Notes: generated by a model from the letters alone, not told the origin. 64,000 nt of DNA from Desulfuromonadales bacterium (GCA_029289095.1 JARFUG010000003.1:25479-89478), one strand, 5' to 3'; positions 32,882 to 44,856 are shown, counted from the stretch's first letter. Numbers and translations are program-made.

Positions 32882-34357
32882 TTACTTCATCTTCCAGCTC
32901 GTCCCTTCCTTGGAGTCGAGAAGAATGACCCCCTTTTGGGCCAGCTCGTCGCGAATGGCGTCGGCTCGGGAGAAGTTTCGGCTCTTTCGGGCTTCCAGCC
33001 GCTCGGCGATGAGCTCTTCGATGCGCTCGGGGGTGAGTCCCGTCCCACCAAGGGCGATGCCCTTCTGCTGCTCGAGCCAAACAGCCGGCTCGGAGCTGAA
33101 GAGGCCGAGGACCCCTCCGAGGCGCACCAGGGCTTCACGCCCGGTGCGCAGCAGCTCGGCTGCGAGGGGATCGCGAGCGATCTGTCCCTCGGCGATGAGG
33201 CGGTTAACTGCGCGCACGGCGTCGAAGAAATGCCCTATGGCCAGAGCGGTGTTGAAGTCGTCGTCCATCGCCTCGACAAACGAGGCCTCGAGCCCCTCGA
33301 TGCGCGCACGGAGCTCTCCATCGATCTCACCGGCCTGGGCGCTCCCCTGTGCTTCGCCGAGGGCAGCGAGGACCTCGCCGGCCGCCTGCAGCGCCTCATA
33401 GAAGCGGGTCAGACCGGCGCGGGCCTCCTCGAGATTCTGGTCGGAAAAGTCGATGGGAGAGCGGTAATGGGCGGTGAGGAGAAAGAAGCGCACCACCTCC
33501 GGGTCGTATTTCTTCAGGATGTCGCGGATGGTGAAGAAGTTGCCCAGCGACTTGCTCATCTTCTCCTGGTTGATGTTGACGAAGCCGTTGTGCAGCCAGT
33601 AGCGCACGAAGGGCTTTCCCGAGGCCCCCTCGCTCTGGGCGATCTCGTTCTCGTGATGAGGGAAGACGAGGTCCTTGCCGCCGCCATGGATGTCGAACGA
33701 CTCCCCCAGAAGCTCCATGCTCATGGCCGAACACTCGATGTGCCACCCGGGGCGCCCCGGTCCCCAGGGGGATTCCCAGGCGGGCTCCCCCGGCTTGGCC
33801 CCCTTCCAGAGAGCGAAGTCCATGGGGTTGCGCTTGCGCTCCCCGGGGGCGATGCGCGCTCCGGCCTGCATCTCCTCGAGGCTGCGCTTGGAGAGCTTGA
33901 GATAGTCGGGGAAGCGCTCCACGGCGAAATAGACGTCTCCGTCCGCCTCGTAGGCGAGCCCCCGGTCGATGAGGCGCTCGACGATGGCGACGATCTGCGG
34001 GATGTATTCGGTCGCCTTGGGCTGGTGGGTGGGACATGCCATCCCCAACCGGGCCATGTCCTCGTCGAAGGCCCTGATGAACTCCTCGGCGAGCTCGCGG
34101 CTGTCGATCCCCCGCTCGTTGGCGCGGTTGATGATCTTGTCGTCGACATCGGTGTAGTTGCGCACGTAGTTGACGTCATAGCCGGCATACGTCAGATAGC
34201 GGTAGATGACGTCGAAGACGACGTTTGCCCGGGCGTGGCCGATGTGGCAGTAGTCGTAGACCGTGACGCCGCAGACGTACATCCCGACCTTGCCGGGATT
34301 CAGGGGACGGAACTCTTCCTTGGCGCCGGAGAGGGTATTGTAGACGCGCAGGGGCAT
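32882..34357 (-). CDS. cysS: cysteine--tRNA ligase
   Basis: [29 protein letters not shown] (HIGH motif) and KMSKSLGN (KMSKS motif). Confidence 0.95.
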   Translation of the reverse strand: MPLRVYNTLSGAKEEFRPLNPGKVGMYVCGVTVYDYCHIGHARANVVFDVIYRYLTYAGYDVNYVRNYTDVDDKIINRANERGIDSRELAEEFIRAFDEDMARLGMACPTHQPKATEYIPQIVAIVERLIDRGLAYEADGDVYFAVERFPDYLKLSKRSLEEMQAGARIAPGERKRNPMDFALWKGAKPGEPAWESPWGPGRPGWHIECSAMSMELLGESFDIHGGGKDLVFPHHENEIAQSEGASGKPFVRYWLHNGFVNINQEKMSKSLGNFFTIRDILKKYDPEVVRFFLLTAHYRSPIDFSDQNLEEARAGLTRFYEALQAAGEVLAALGEAQGSAQAGEIDGELRARIEGLEASFVEAMDDDFNTALAIGHFFDAVRAVNRLIAEGQIARDPLAAELLRTGREALVRLGGVLGLFSSEPAVWLEQQKGIALGGTGLTPERIEELIAERLEARKSRNFSRADAIRDELAQKGVILLDSKEGTSWKMK

Positions 34358-34392
34358 GGGGACATTCTCCTTTATTCGACGTTACGGCCCCT

Positions 34393-35448
34393 TCATAGCA
34401 CAGGATGTTGCCGTGTTGAAGCTTTTTGGTCTTTTTTCCCCATCACGGCCGCCACCGCTTCGGGGATCTGGTCCAGTGCAAGGATGCGGTGAGCGGCCCC
34501 GAGGGCGACGGCGGCAGCCGGCATGCCGTAGATGGTGCTCGTCTTTTCGTCCTGCACGATGTTGTAGGCTCCCGCTTCCCTGAGACGCAACATCCCCGCT
34601 GCACCGTCGCGCCCCATTCCGGTCAGCAGGAGGGCGAGGACGTTGGGGGCGTGGACCCCGGCCAGGGAAGAGAACAGGACATCGATGGACGGACGGCAAC
34701 TGTTTACCACCGGGGCGTCGGACAGTTGAATGCGGCCGTCGCGCACCTCCATGTGCAGGCCGTCCGGAGCGACCAGGGCGACCCCCTCCTGCAGGGGATC
34801 GCCGTTGCGGGCCACCCGCACGCTGAAAGGAGATTCCTCCCCGAGCCATCGGGCGAAACCCTGGGAGAAGCCGGGGGCGATATGCTGCACGATGACGATC
34901 TTCGGCCTGCTCAGCGGCGAAATGCTGCGCAGAAGGTACTGGATCGCCTTGGGGCCTCCGGTCGACGCACCGATTGCGAGGATCCGCCGTTCTCCTGTCG
35001 GCGCAGGGAGTTCTCTTCTGGTTCTGCGCCCTCCGCGGAAATGGTGCATCACCCGGATTCCGGCGAGAAACTTGACCTTTTCGAGAAGTTGCGCAGGAAA
35101 ATCCTCGGCACAGCTTGCCTCGGTCTTGACCATGACGTCGAGGGCGCCCAGGGCGATCGCCTTGAAGGCGCATTTGCTGTCCTCCGGATCGACATGCCCC
35201 GACAGGACGAGGATGGGGGTCGGCCTGCGGGCCATGATCTCCTCCACCGCCTGAAGCCCGTCCATCACGGGCATCATGATATCGAGAATGATCAGGTGGG
35301 GATGGACCCGCAGTGTCAGATCGAGCGCCTCCTGTCCGTTGGCGGCTTCCCCGACGATCTCGATGGCTGGATCCCGCTCCAGGATCTGACGCACCATCAT
35401 CCGCATGATCCTGGAATCGTCGGCAATCAGCACCCGAATCGCTTCCAT
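34393..35448 (-). CDS. cheB: chemotaxis response regulator protein-glutamate methylesterase
   Basis: N-terminal REC (IRVLIADDSRIMR..DIMMPVMDG) and a C-terminal CheB methylesterase domain (ILAIGASTGGP, GMGRDGA). Confidence 0.9.
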   Translation of the reverse strand: MEAIRVLIADDSRIMRMMVRQILERDPAIEIVGEAANGQEALDLTLRVHPHLIILDIMMPVMDGLQAVEEIMARRPTPILVLSGHVDPEDSKCAFKAIALGALDVMVKTEASCAEDFPAQLLEKVKFLAGIRVMHHFRGGRRTRRELPAPTGERRILAIGASTGGPKAIQYLLRSISPLSRPKIVIVQHIAPGFSQGFARWLGEESPFSVRVARNGDPLQEGVALVAPDGLHMEVRDGRIQLSDAPVVNSCRPSIDVLFSSLAGVHAPNVLALLLTGMGRDGAAGMLRLREAGAYNIVQDEKTSTIYGMPAAAVALGAAHRILALDQIPEAVAAVMGKKDQKASTRQHPVL

Positions 35449-35460
35449 TTTCTTCCCCCT

Positions 35461-37554
35461 TCAGCCGATGAGTGACTCGACAGTGGCCAGGAGCTTCCCC
35501 TGATCGAAGCTCCCTTTGACGATATAGGCCTGCGCCCCGACCTCGATCCCCTTGCGCCGGTCGTCATCCGATGCCCGCGAAGAGACGATGGCCACCGGGA
35601 TATCGGCCGTCTCCTTGCGTCTTCGCAACTCCCGCGTCAGTTCGAATCCGTCCATCTCCGGCATCTCGATATCGGTCACCACCATGTCGAAGCGTCCCCT
35701 TTCGACTTTGGCCAGAGCCTCCGCGGCGCAGATCGCCACTTCCACCTCGTAGCCGTGAGCCTCCAGGATGTTCTTCTCCATGGTGCGGGTGATGATCGAA
35801 TCGTCAACGACCAGCACCCTGCCGCGGGTGCTGCGGACGCGGTGCTCCTGCATCGCCCGGCGCAGATTCGTCCCCGCGCTTTCGAAACGAGCTGCGAAGA
35901 GATCAGGGATGGAGAGGATCAGGGCCGGCGTGCCGTCGCTCAAGGGGGTTGCGCCTGCGAAAAAGCGTACCCGCCTGAGCTGGGGACCGGTCCCCTTCAC
36001 CAGAAGTTCACGGGTTCCGAGAGAGGCACTCACGATGCAGGCGAGAACCTGCCCGCCAAAATGAAGAATGAGGGCGCTCAGCCTCCCGGGAAGGGACTCG
36101 TGTCTGAGCGGGGGAATCTCCAGGATATCGCTGAGAGAAAGAAGGGGGACGAGCCTTCCCTGCCAGCGGATGACCTCCCTTCCCCCCTCGGTGTGAAGGT
36201 CCGACTCCTCGAGCCGGAGCACTTCAGTGACATAATGCAGAGGAATGGCGAACGTCTCTCCTTCGCAAGTGATGAGAAGACCGGGAACGACTGCAAGTGT
36301 AAAGGGGAGCTGAAGCGCGATCTCCGTCCCCCTGCCGGCCGCGGAGCGAAGAGACAGGTTCCCCTTGATCCGGTCGAGACTGTTTTTGACCACGTCCATG
36401 CCGATGCCACGCCCCGATACGTCGGTGACGAACTCGCGGGTGGTGAACCCGGGGCGCAGGATGAGATGGAGCGTCTCCTCGTCTCCCAGACTGCGGGCCT
36501 CCTCCCTGGTGATCACCCCAAGGCGCTGCGCCCTGGCGCGCACCGTCGCCGGATCGATTCCCCTGCCGTCATCCTGCATCGAGACGACGACCATTCCCCC
36601 CTCGTACCTGGCCCGGATCTCGATTCGTCCGGCGTAGGGCTTGCCTGCGGCGAGGCGCTCCTGTGGCGTTTCGATGCCGTGGTCCACCGCATTGCGCAGC
36701 ATGTGGATGAGCATCGGTCGAAGCGTATCGAGGACGGTCCTGTCGAGTTCGACCTCCTCTCCTGCGATCAGCAGTTCCACCTCCTTGCCCTGCTCCCGAC
36801 ACAGGTCGCGGGTGAGCAGCGCAAGGTCATCGGTGATGGAGGCCAGGGGAAGCATCCGAAGCCCCATCGCCTCCGCATGAACCGACTGAGCCTGCATGTG
36901 CAGCGTATTGCCGTCTCTTTCGATCCCCGAAGCGATCCGGTGCAGCTCGTCGAGCAGGAGCTTTCCGTCCCTGTGGCTCTGGCTGCCGCGAAGCGCCTGG
37001 AGGAAACGCTCGAACTTCATCTTGAATTCGATCAGGGCGCCGCCGTTCCTGCGGAAAGCATCCGAGGCGACCAGGAGCTCTCCCAAGTTGTTTGCAAGGG
37101 TGTCGAGACGATCTACGCGGGTGCGGACCGTCTCCGAAACGGCGCTCGCGCCGGCGGCAGGTTCGACGCCCGACGCTTCGGCCCGTGAGGTGTCGACCTC
37201 TTGGAAGATCCCCTGAAGGTTGCGCAGAATCTCCCCCGACTTTTCCGCCTCGCAGATCCGCGACTCGACGGCCTTGGCCGACTGCAGGAGAAGGTCAATG
37301 AGCTCCGGGGGGACGGGACTTCCGTTCTCGGCCAGCGGAGTCAGGAGGTCTTCCAGAGCATGCGCTTCCCTCCCTACCACCTGGAGGCCGAGAACAGAGG
37401 CGGACCCTTTGAGAGTGTGGGCGCGCCGCAGCAGGTCGCGGGCGACCTCCGGGTCGAAACCGCTCTTCTCCAAAGACAGGGCGCCCTGCCTGATCCGGCG
37501 CAGATGCTCCGAGGCGTCGCGGACGAAAGTGTCTGCGAACTCTTGCGGATGCAC
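35461..37554 (-). CDS. cheA: hybrid chemotaxis histidine kinase CheA with C-terminal receiver domain
   Basis: Hpt (RRAHTLKGSA), dimerization and HATPase domains (DHGIE, GRGIGMDVV), a CheW-like domain, then REC (VLVVDDS..DIEMPEMDG). Confidence 0.9.
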   Translation of the reverse strand: MHPQEFADTFVRDASEHLRRIRQGALSLEKSGFDPEVARDLLRRAHTLKGSASVLGLQVVGREAHALEDLLTPLAENGSPVPPELIDLLLQSAKAVESRICEAEKSGEILRNLQGIFQEVDTSRAEASGVEPAAGASAVSETVRTRVDRLDTLANNLGELLVASDAFRRNGGALIEFKMKFERFLQALRGSQSHRDGKLLLDELHRIASGIERDGNTLHMQAQSVHAEAMGLRMLPLASITDDLALLTRDLCREQGKEVELLIAGEEVELDRTVLDTLRPMLIHMLRNAVDHGIETPQERLAAGKPYAGRIEIRARYEGGMVVVSMQDDGRGIDPATVRARAQRLGVITREEARSLGDEETLHLILRPGFTTREFVTDVSGRGIGMDVVKNSLDRIKGNLSLRSAAGRGTEIALQLPFTLAVVPGLLITCEGETFAIPLHYVTEVLRLEESDLHTEGGREVIRWQGRLVPLLSLSDILEIPPLRHESLPGRLSALILHFGGQVLACIVSASLGTRELLVKGTGPQLRRVRFFAGATPLSDGTPALILSIPDLFAARFESAGTNLRRAMQEHRVRSTRGRVLVVDDSIITRTMEKNILEAHGYEVEVAICAAEALAKVERGRFDMVVTDIEMPEMDGFELTRELRRRKETADIPVAIVSSRASDDDRRKGIEVGAQAYIVKGSFDQGKLLATVESLIG

Positions 37555-39329
37555 TACTCGCCTTCCTCCACCAGGCTGCGCAATCTCTCGGCCATGTCGT
37601 TGAGTTCGGCGATCGCCTGCGCCGTCTCACCTGCCGAAGAGGCGACCTGTGTGGCGACGTCACGGATCTCGGCGATCGTTTCGGCCATCTGCTCGCTCGC
37701 CGAGGTCTGCTGTTGCGTCGAGACCCTGATCTCCCTCGCCGCCCGGCTTGTCTCTCCCGTCAGATCGATGATACGCTGCAGCCCCTCGGAGATCCGCGCA
37801 ACAAGGCGGCTCGCATGGTCGACCCCCTTTGTCCCCTCCTCGGTGACCATAATGGTCGAATGGGTCGCTTTCTGGATCTCGTCGATGAGCTCGCGGATCT
37901 GGCGGGTGGCATGAACGGTGCGCTCGGCCAGGCGCTGCACCTCGTTGGCGACGACCGAAAAACGGCGCCCCGACTCTCCGGCTCCGGCAGCCTCGATGGC
38001 GGCATTGAGGGCGAGAAGATTGGTCTGGTCGGAAATTTCCTCGATGATCTCGATGATTCCTCCGATCTCCCGGGAATTCTCGCCGAGCTCGAGCATCGCC
38101 GAGGAGATGGTGCCGACCTTTTGCTTCAACTGGCCCATCCCCTCGACCGCCTCGTTCACCGCGCTCATCCCCTCCTGGCTCGCGGTGCTCGCCTTTTCGG
38201 CCAGCGCCCCGACGCTTCCGGCATTCTCTGCGACCTGCCTTGCCGTGACGGCGATTTCCTCAGAGGTCGTTGTCGCTTCCTGAACGGCCGAAGCCTGCTG
38301 GTTGGCTCCCGAGGACTGCTGGACCGATATCGCCATGATCTCGTTGGTGCTGGTGGAGAGCTGCTGCATCTCCTCCTTGATGCTCGTGATCAGCCGGTTG
38401 CTCTTCTCGATCTCTCCCTTGAGAGACCGCACGATCACCTGGGTCATGGTGTTGAAAGCCTGGGCGAGGCGCCCGATCTCGTCGTTGGAGCGAACCTCGA
38501 TCTTCTGGTCCAGTTCTCCCGCGGCGATGCGGTTGGCAGCCTCGGTGACCTTCTGCAGCGGCCGGATCATGCGCAGCACGACGAGGTAAATCGTGAGAGA
38601 AGCGGCAAAAAGCATCCCGAGCATGGAGACAATGATGCTGGTACGCAGTTCGGCGATCGATTTCTGCACCTCGAGCAGAGAGATCCCCATCCGGAAGCTC
38701 CCCCAGTGTTCACCTTGCACATAGATGGGGGCGGCCATATCCCACAGGATCTCCCCCGTGTCCCGCCGGTAGGTCTGGCGCAGCACCCTCTGCCCGCTGC
38801 TGCCGTCGAAACGCGCCGCCGCCAGGCCGGTCGAATCGTTGAAGATCCTTTTGCTCCGGTTGCTGGTCAGATCCCTGGCCGGATCGCCGGTCAGAGGCTG
38901 GGAATAGCGGGTGTTGTGGGTCGGAACATATCCTTTGCGGTCGGTGACGACGGCGAATTCGACCATTCCGTCGTTTTCGAGATAGGTATCGAGCAGCGGC
39001 CGGATTCTTTCGTCGAAAAAGGCGTCATACGCGGTGGTGTACTTGGGAATCGCCGCTCCCGCCAGGGGTCCTTCGGTGATCCGGCGGTAATCGGTGTCGA
39101 AGATCTCCTGAGGGTTAAAGATCCCTCCCTCGAGGGCGACCTCCAGGATCATTTCAACGCTTTTGGCTCCTGTCAATGCCAGGTCGTTGGCCTTGAGCAG
39201 GACCGTCTGACGCAGCACCTCGCTTCGCTGCTGGATGAAGAAGACCGAGAAAATCGCCATCAGCACGGCGAGCACGACGATCAGGGGTAAGGCGATCTTG
39301 AGTGTAATGCGGTCCTGATACCAGCGCAT
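37554..39329 (-). CDS. methyl-accepting chemotaxis protein with periplasmic Cache-like sensor, HAMP and MA domains
   Basis: TM, roughly 200-aa sensor, TM, HAMP, then the signalling domain ([33 protein letters not shown]). Confidence 0.9.
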   Translation of the reverse strand: MRWYQDRITLKIALPLIVVLAVLMAIFSVFFIQQRSEVLRQTVLLKANDLALTGAKSVEMILEVALEGGIFNPQEIFDTDYRRITEGPLAGAAIPKYTTAYDAFFDERIRPLLDTYLENDGMVEFAVVTDRKGYVPTHNTRYSQPLTGDPARDLTSNRSKRIFNDSTGLAAARFDGSSGQRVLRQTYRRDTGEILWDMAAPIYVQGEHWGSFRMGISLLEVQKSIAELRTSIIVSMLGMLFAASLTIYLVVLRMIRPLQKVTEAANRIAAGELDQKIEVRSNDEIGRLAQAFNTMTQVIVRSLKGEIEKSNRLITSIKEEMQQLSTSTNEIMAISVQQSSGANQQASAVQEATTTSEEIAVTARQVAENAGSVGALAEKASTASQEGMSAVNEAVEGMGQLKQKVGTISSAMLELGENSREIGGIIEIIEEISDQTNLLALNAAIEAAGAGESGRRFSVVANEVQRLAERTVHATRQIRELIDEIQKATHSTIMVTEEGTKGVDHASRLVARISEGLQRIIDLTGETSRAAREIRVSTQQQTSASEQMAETIAEIRDVATQVASSAGETAQAIAELNDMAERLRSLVEEGE

Positions 39330-39376
39330 GTCATCCTCTGTTCATATCTATGGGTTTCGATCCCCCCCCAGGCGGG

Positions 39377-39934
39377 TCATCCGTTGTCCGTATCGACGAT
39401 GAATTCGGGTTGTCTGAGAATATGGTCGAGTCTGAGCAGGACGAGAATCTCCTCCTCCGTCGTGACCTGCCCCTCCACCGCCTCGCGCGGAAGCCCAGTG
39501 AGCCCCTCGGTCAGTGGTTCGATCTGTGCGATGGGGATGCTCCGGAGCCCTTCGACCTTCTCGACCGCCAGAGCCGTTGTGACGCCGCCCGCCTGTGCAA
39601 CCACCAGACGCCCCTCCTCCGTGATCTCCGAGCAGGGGAGCCCCAGGTAGGGGCGCAGATCGCTCACCGCAACGATCTGGCCGCGCAGATTGATGATTCC
39701 TCGAATCGACGGCGAAAGCCTCGGAATGCGTACGATGCGCGGAATGCGCAGCACCTCCCTCGCGAGGCGCGAGACGATGGCGTAGCGCTCCCCCCCGAGG
39801 CGAAAAACGAGTACGTTCTCGGCCTGTCCGCTCTGATCTTCGCAGACCTCTTCGATGCCGCGCCAGTATTCATCCCGAATCGTGCGCAGCGTTTCGCGGA
39901 TTTCGCCCGATCGGCCTGTTCTTCGAACGCTCAC
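39377..39934 (-). CDS. cheW: chemotaxis coupling protein CheW
   Basis: 185 aa, a single CheW-like domain (VLVFRLGGERYAI...INLRGQIVAV). The start overlaps the CheR-like gene stop. Confidence 0.85.
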   Translation of the reverse strand: MSVRRTGRSGEIRETLRTIRDEYWRGIEEVCEDQSGQAENVLVFRLGGERYAIVSRLAREVLRIPRIVRIPRLSPSIRGIINLRGQIVAVSDLRPYLGLPCSEITEEGRLVVAQAGGVTTALAVEKVEGLRSIPIAQIEPLTEGLTGLPREAVEGQVTTEEEILVLLRLDHILRQPEFIVDTDNG

Positions 39935-41763
39935 CTCTTCTCCTGTCTTTCAAGATCGCCGCGGCAAACCTCCATGAAAACCTCCCGCGAAATCCCCCCC
40001 GAATGGGGGATGAGAGCCTCCGGCGCCGTCTTCTCGAGGATCCTCAGGGCGTTGACCAGTTCGCGGCGCGCGTCCCTGGGCTTTCCGAGACGCCTGTAGA
40101 GGCGGCTGAGATTGTAGCGCGCCGCGACGAAGGCCGCATCGAGGAGCAGAGCGCGCCGGTATTCGCGCACGGCGCCCTCTTCATCCTCCATCGCCTCGAG
40201 AACGATCCCCTGCAGAAAATACGCTTCCGGAAAAAGATCGTCGATCTCGAGAATCCGCCGGCAGCACTGCAGCGCCTGCGGGTAGCGCCCCTGATTGGCG
40301 AGCACGAACCCTTTTCCCACCAGAGCCCCGAGGTGACGCGGGTCTGTCTCGAGCACCTGGTCGAAAAGTCGCGCCGCGCGCGCGAATTCTTCGCCCTGAA
40401 AAGCCTTCATCCCTTCCGCATAGACGCTCTCCCGAGGTGGAGCAGAGGGCATTTCCCGCGGAGACTGGACCTTCGGCACTGTGGGAGCGGGCGCCGTTGA
40501 CAGGGGAGGCGGTTCGCCGCCTACGGCCTCCGCCTGATTCATCCCGTCGTCCTTGAGGCGATAGAAAAACCCCTCCATCTTTGACTCGCGAACGAAGCGC
40601 TCCGAGACTTGGGAAAGGGATTCCGAGTGCCCAAGAAAGAGAAATCCTCCGGGTGCGAGACAGTGCGAGAATCTCTCGACGATGCGCCGCATCGTCTCTG
40701 GCCGGAAATAGATCATGACGTTGCGGCAGAACAGAAAGTCGACATCCTGTGTGCCGTTGTCCGCCGACGGGTAACAGTCTGTCTGCAGGTTGAGATAGGC
40801 GAAACGGACCATGGCGCGAATCTCGTCTATGACGCGGAACGAGGAGCCGACCTGCTGAAAATAGCGGCTGCGGTAAATGGGATCTGTGACTCTGAGGGAA
40901 CGCGGTCCATAGAGCCCTTCGCGAGCCGCTTCGAGCGCTCTTCTGTTGATGTCGGTCCCCAGGATCTCGATCCTCCACCCGCGCACCTGCGGAAAATGCT
41001 CACGCAGGAGCATCGCCAGAGAATACGGCTCCTCCCCCGTGGAGCATCCGGCCGACCAGATGCGCAAAGAGCGCGTCTTCTCCCTGGAGCGAAGCACCTG
41101 GGGGAGAACCGTACGCTTCAGCGCCTCGAAGTGGGGAAGATACCGGAAGAAGTAGGTCTCTCCAACGGTCAGCAGTCCAAGAAGCTTGAGCAGCTCCCGG
41201 CGGCTCTCGGCAAATTTGTTCAGGTAGGCATAGTAATCCCTGACCGTGTCGAGGTTCAAGGCCCGCATTCGGCGAACAATGCCGCGCTCCAGGATCCGTA
41301 CGTTGCCCGCGTCGAAATGCAGTCCGCTGTGGAGATGGAGATACCCCTGGAAGAGGGCCAGCTCCACTGCGTCAAGGGGTGAAAGGACGTTCCGCTCCCC
41401 TTTTTTCAGGCTGGAGGCTCTGGCCAGATCGTCCAGCAGCCGCTTCTCGTCCAACGGTTTGGGCAAAAAGTCGAAAACGTCGAGCAGCTCGTACTCGAGC
41501 GCGGATTCTGAAGAAATGACGATGACAGGGATATCCCGGGTGCCGTGATGAAGTTTCAGCCGCCGCAGCGTCTCGAGTCCGTTGCCCGGGATGGAGATAT
41601 CGAGAATCAGCAGGTCCGGAGAGATCTGACGGACAGCGGTGTTGGGCGTCTCCACACCACTGAGACAGTCGACCCGGTAGCCGTTTTCCAGCAGAATCTC
41701 CGAAAGGTTCCGGCACAGGGTGCGGTCGTCGTCAATGACCAGGACGTGGAAACGCCTCTTCAT
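39931..41763 (-). CDS. REC-CheR-TPR fusion: chemotaxis protein methyltransferase with N-terminal receiver and C-terminal TPR repeats
   Basis: REC (HVLVIDDD..LILDISIPG), the CheR SAM-binding motif RIWSAGCSTGEEPYSLAML, and a C-terminal TPR region. Confidence 0.85.
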   Translation of the reverse strand: MKRRFHVLVIDDDRTLCRNLSEILLENGYRVDCLSGVETPNTAVRQISPDLLILDISIPGNGLETLRRLKLHHGTRDIPVIVISSESALEYELLDVFDFLPKPLDEKRLLDDLARASSLKKGERNVLSPLDAVELALFQGYLHLHSGLHFDAGNVRILERGIVRRMRALNLDTVRDYYAYLNKFAESRRELLKLLGLLTVGETYFFRYLPHFEALKRTVLPQVLRSREKTRSLRIWSAGCSTGEEPYSLAMLLREHFPQVRGWRIEILGTDINRRALEAAREGLYGPRSLRVTDPIYRSRYFQQVGSSFRVIDEIRAMVRFAYLNLQTDCYPSADNGTQDVDFLFCRNVMIYFRPETMRRIVERFSHCLAPGGFLFLGHSESLSQVSERFVRESKMEGFFYRLKDDGMNQAEAVGGEPPPLSTAPAPTVPKVQSPREMPSAPPRESVYAEGMKAFQGEEFARAARLFDQVLETDPRHLGALVGKGFVLANQGRYPQALQCCRRILEIDDLFPEAYFLQGIVLEAMEDEEGAVREYRRALLLDAAFVAARYNLSRLYRRLGKPRDARRELVNALRILEKTAPEALIPHSGGISREVFMEVCRGDLERQEKR

Positions 41764-41821
41764 CGAACGGGCGCCCTCCTCGGGGGCCGGGACTCAGAAG
41801 AGGCGGCGTGTTTGCCGGGGG

Positions 41822-43507
41822 CTACTTCCCTTTGGCCCATGAGTCACGCAGCGTAACTGTCCGATTGAAGACAAGGCGCCCCGGAGCCGAATCGGCATCG
41901 ACGCAAAAATATCCCTGGCGCTCGAACTGATAGCTTTTTTGCGCCTCGGCATCTGCAAGGGAGGGCTCGAGCATGCATCCGTTCAGAGTCTGCATCGATT
42001 CGGGATTGAGCCGATCCAGAAAATCCGTCCCCTTCTCCGCAGTCGGATTGGCGACGGTGAAGAGTCTGTCGTACAGGCGCACTTCGGCCTTCAGGGCATG
42101 GGAGGCCGAGACCCAGTGGATCGTCCCCTTGACTTTGCGGCCGTCGGCCGCCGAGCCTCCGCGGGTCGTCGGATCATAGCTGCAGCGAAGCTCCACCACC
42201 TCTCCCGCCTCATTCTTCACCACCTCGTCACAGCGGATGAAATAGGCGAAGCGCAGCCGCACTTCGCGCCCCGGAGCAAGGCGGAAGAACCCCTTGGGGG
42301 GATCCTCCTCGAAATCGTCGCGTTCGATATAGATCTCGCGCGAGAAGGGGAGGTTGCGCGTCCCCAGGGAGGGGTCGCCCGGGTGGTTCGCCCCCTCGAA
42401 GATCTCGACCTGACCTTCGGGGTAATTCACGATCACCACCCTGAGAGGCCGAAGAACTGCGAGGACTCGGGGCGCCAGCGCATTGAGGTCTTCGCGCAAA
42501 GTGTCTTCAAGGACGCTCAGGTCGATGGTGCTTTCGCTCTTGCCGACGCCGATGCGATCACAGAAAGAGCGGATCGCAGCGGGGGTGTAGCCCCGTCGGC
42601 GAAGTCCCGAAATGGTCGGCATGCGCGGATCGTCCCACCCGTGCACATGCCCCTCGTTCACCAGTTGCAGGAGCCGGCGCTTGCTCATCACCGTGTAGCT
42701 GAGATTGAGGCGGGCGAACTCGATCTGTTTGGGGCGTGCCGGCAGGTCGAGGTTGTCCAGAACCCAGTCGTACAAGGGACGGTGATCCTCGAACTCCAGG
42801 GTGCAGACGGAATGGGTGACCCCCTCGAGAGCGTCGGAGATGGGATGCGCGAAATCGTACATCGGGTAAATGCACCAGGCATCCGCCGTCCGGTGGTGCG
42901 ACATATGCTTGATGCGGTAGAGAGCCGGATCGCGAAGATTGATGTTGGGCGACGTCATGTCGATACGGGCGCGAAGGACGTGATCGCCGTCAGGGAATTC
43001 GCCGGCGCGCATCCGACGAAAGAGATCGAGATTCTCCTCCACGCTGCGGTTGCGGTAGGGGCTGTCCTTCCCCGGCGCGGTGAGCGTCCCCCGAAACGTC
43101 CGGATCTCTTCGGCGCTCAGACTGTCCACATAGGCCTTGCCTTTTTGAATGAGCTCTTCTGCGCAGTCGTAGAACTTCTGATAGTAATCCGAGGCGAAAT
43201 AGAGATGTTCGCCCCAGTTGAAACCGAGCCACGAGACGTCCTCAATGATTGCCCGCTCATACTCCTCGTCCTCTTTGGCCGGATTGGTGTCATCGAAGCG
43301 CAGATGGCAACGTCCGCGATACTCGGCAGCCAATCCGAAATTGAGACAGATCGATTTCGCATGGCCGATATGAAGGTAGCCGTTCGGTTCCGGAGGGAAG
43401 CGGGTCACCACCTCTCCATCGTACTTGCCGGCCCGAAGGTCCTCAGCGACGAGGGAGCGGATGAAATTGGATGGGGCGGATGGTGTGCTCTCGGGGACTG
43501 AACCCAT
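41822..43507 (-). CDS. glnS: glutamine--tRNA ligase
   Basis: [18 protein letters not shown] (HIGH motif) and TVMSKRRL (KMSKS-like motif). The 561-aa length and C-terminal anticodon-binding barrels fit GlnRS. Confidence 0.93.
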   Translation of the reverse strand: MGSVPESTPSAPSNFIRSLVAEDLRAGKYDGEVVTRFPPEPNGYLHIGHAKSICLNFGLAAEYRGRCHLRFDDTNPAKEDEEYERAIIEDVSWLGFNWGEHLYFASDYYQKFYDCAEELIQKGKAYVDSLSAEEIRTFRGTLTAPGKDSPYRNRSVEENLDLFRRMRAGEFPDGDHVLRARIDMTSPNINLRDPALYRIKHMSHHRTADAWCIYPMYDFAHPISDALEGVTHSVCTLEFEDHRPLYDWVLDNLDLPARPKQIEFARLNLSYTVMSKRRLLQLVNEGHVHGWDDPRMPTISGLRRRGYTPAAIRSFCDRIGVGKSESTIDLSVLEDTLREDLNALAPRVLAVLRPLRVVIVNYPEGQVEIFEGANHPGDPSLGTRNLPFSREIYIERDDFEEDPPKGFFRLAPGREVRLRFAYFIRCDEVVKNEAGEVVELRCSYDPTTRGGSAADGRKVKGTIHWVSASHALKAEVRLYDRLFTVANPTAEKGTDFLDRLNPESMQTLNGCMLEPSLADAEAQKSYQFERQGYFCVDADSAPGRLVFNRTVTLRDSWAKGK

Positions 43508-43647
43508 TGGTTTTTCTTTCTCTCTTGGATGGAAAGGATTCGCATCACGGACTGACCTGCCTGGTCGTTCCGCGCCGTTCTTATTAAAGGTATTTCGAAT
43601 TTGGCCGATGGCCCTCTCGGATCTGCCGAGGCAAGCCCATCGAACCT

Positions 43648-44124
43648 CTACCTCGTTTCCAGCAAAACCACGGCGTGAGCGGAGATCCCCTCGCCGCGCC
43701 CCTCGAAACCGAGACCCTCAGTGGTCGTGGCTTTCACGTTCACCCTTTCGATCCCTGTCCCGCAGGCGTCTGCGATGTTCACGACCATTTGTCGTATGTA
43801 GGTAGCGAGTTTGGGGCTCTGTGCGATCACCGTCGCATCGAGGTTGCCGATCCCGTACCCCCTTTGGCGAGCCAAATCCATGACGTGCCGCAGCAGCGAA
43901 AGGCTGCTGATCCCCTTGTAGGCCGGATCGCTGTCGGGAAAGTGGCGACCGATGTCCCCCTCGCCTAGCGCCCCCAGGAGGGCGTCGCAGATAGCGTGAA
44001 GGAGCACGTCTGCATCCGAGTGCCCGAGGAGTCCGAGAGAGTATGGGATATCGACCCCTCCCAGGATGAGTCTGCGCCCTTCAACGAGACGATGAACGTC
44101 GAAGCCGTGACCGATGCGGTTCAT
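43648..44124 (-). CDS. ispF: 2-C-methyl-D-erythritol 2,4-cyclodiphosphate synthase
   Basis: [25 protein letters not shown]..; 158 aa. The internal ATG at 44124 overlaps the ispD stop (ATGA). Confidence 0.93.
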   Translation of the reverse strand: MNRIGHGFDVHRLVEGRRLILGGVDIPYSLGLLGHSDADVLLHAICDALLGALGEGDIGRHFPDSDPAYKGISSLSLLRHVMDLARQRGYGIGNLDATVIAQSPKLATYIRQMVVNIADACGTGIERVNVKATTTEGLGFEGRGEGISAHAVVLLETR

Positions 44125-44813
44125 GTTCTGCCCTCCGCCCCGATGAATGCTCTTGCCATCACGAGATCCTCGGGGGTGGTGATCTTGAAATTTCGATAGC
44201 TTCCCTGAACGACCCCGACCGGGTAGCCGAGGCGCTCCACCAGGCTCGCGTCGTCGGTGGCGCGAAACCCCTCCTTGAAAGCCTTTGCATGGGCCTCCCT
44301 GATGATGGCGAAGGGAAAAGCCTGGGGCGTCTGCGCCTGCCAGAGCGAGCCGCGCGGCGGTGTGCCGACGATGCGCCCCTGATCGACCTCCTTGATGGTG
44401 TCCTTGACGGGGACCGCGACAATGCATCCACCCGCTTGCGCCCCGGTGATCACGGAACCGATGAGTTGCGGGGGGAAAAAGGGGCGGACGCCGTCATGGA
44501 TGAGAACGACGTCGGTCGGCTCCGCTTCGAGGGCGCCCAGGCCGTTGCGGACCGAATCCTGCCTCTCTTTGCCTCCCTCGACGACTGCGCGCACCTTGTT
44601 GAAGGCATACCGCTCCACCACTTCGTTTCGGCAGAAATCGATTTCGTCACGGGGGGAAATCACTAAAATTTCATCAACAATCGGGTGGTTCTGGAAAATC
44701 GAGAGGGTATGTGCAAGAACCGGGCGATCGGCGAGGGCGAGATACTGTTTGTTGACGCCGGCCCCCATTCGGCTTCCGGTCCCTGCGGCGGGGATCAATA
44801 CGATGACGGCCAT
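44121..44813 (-). CDS. ispD: 2-C-methyl-D-erythritol 4-phosphate cytidylyltransferase
   Basis: [18 protein letters not shown] motif; 230 aa; coupled to ispF. Confidence 0.93.
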   Translation of the reverse strand: MAVIVLIPAAGTGSRMGAGVNKQYLALADRPVLAHTLSIFQNHPIVDEILVISPRDEIDFCRNEVVERYAFNKVRAVVEGGKERQDSVRNGLGALEAEPTDVVLIHDGVRPFFPPQLIGSVITGAQAGGCIVAVPVKDTIKEVDQGRIVGTPPRGSLWQAQTPQAFPFAIIREAHAKAFKEGFRATDDASLVERLGYPVGVVQGSYRNFKITTPEDLVMARAFIGAEGRT

Positions 44814-44833
44814 TCAGCGGAGAACTTTCTCGT

Positions 44834-44856
44834 GAGAAAAGGCCGCAAGACGGCCC
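44834..44856 (-). terminator. possible terminator downstream of carD
   Basis: ggccg-tcttg-cggcc hairpin followed by ttttctc on the minus strand. The stem is short. Confidence 0.35.
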
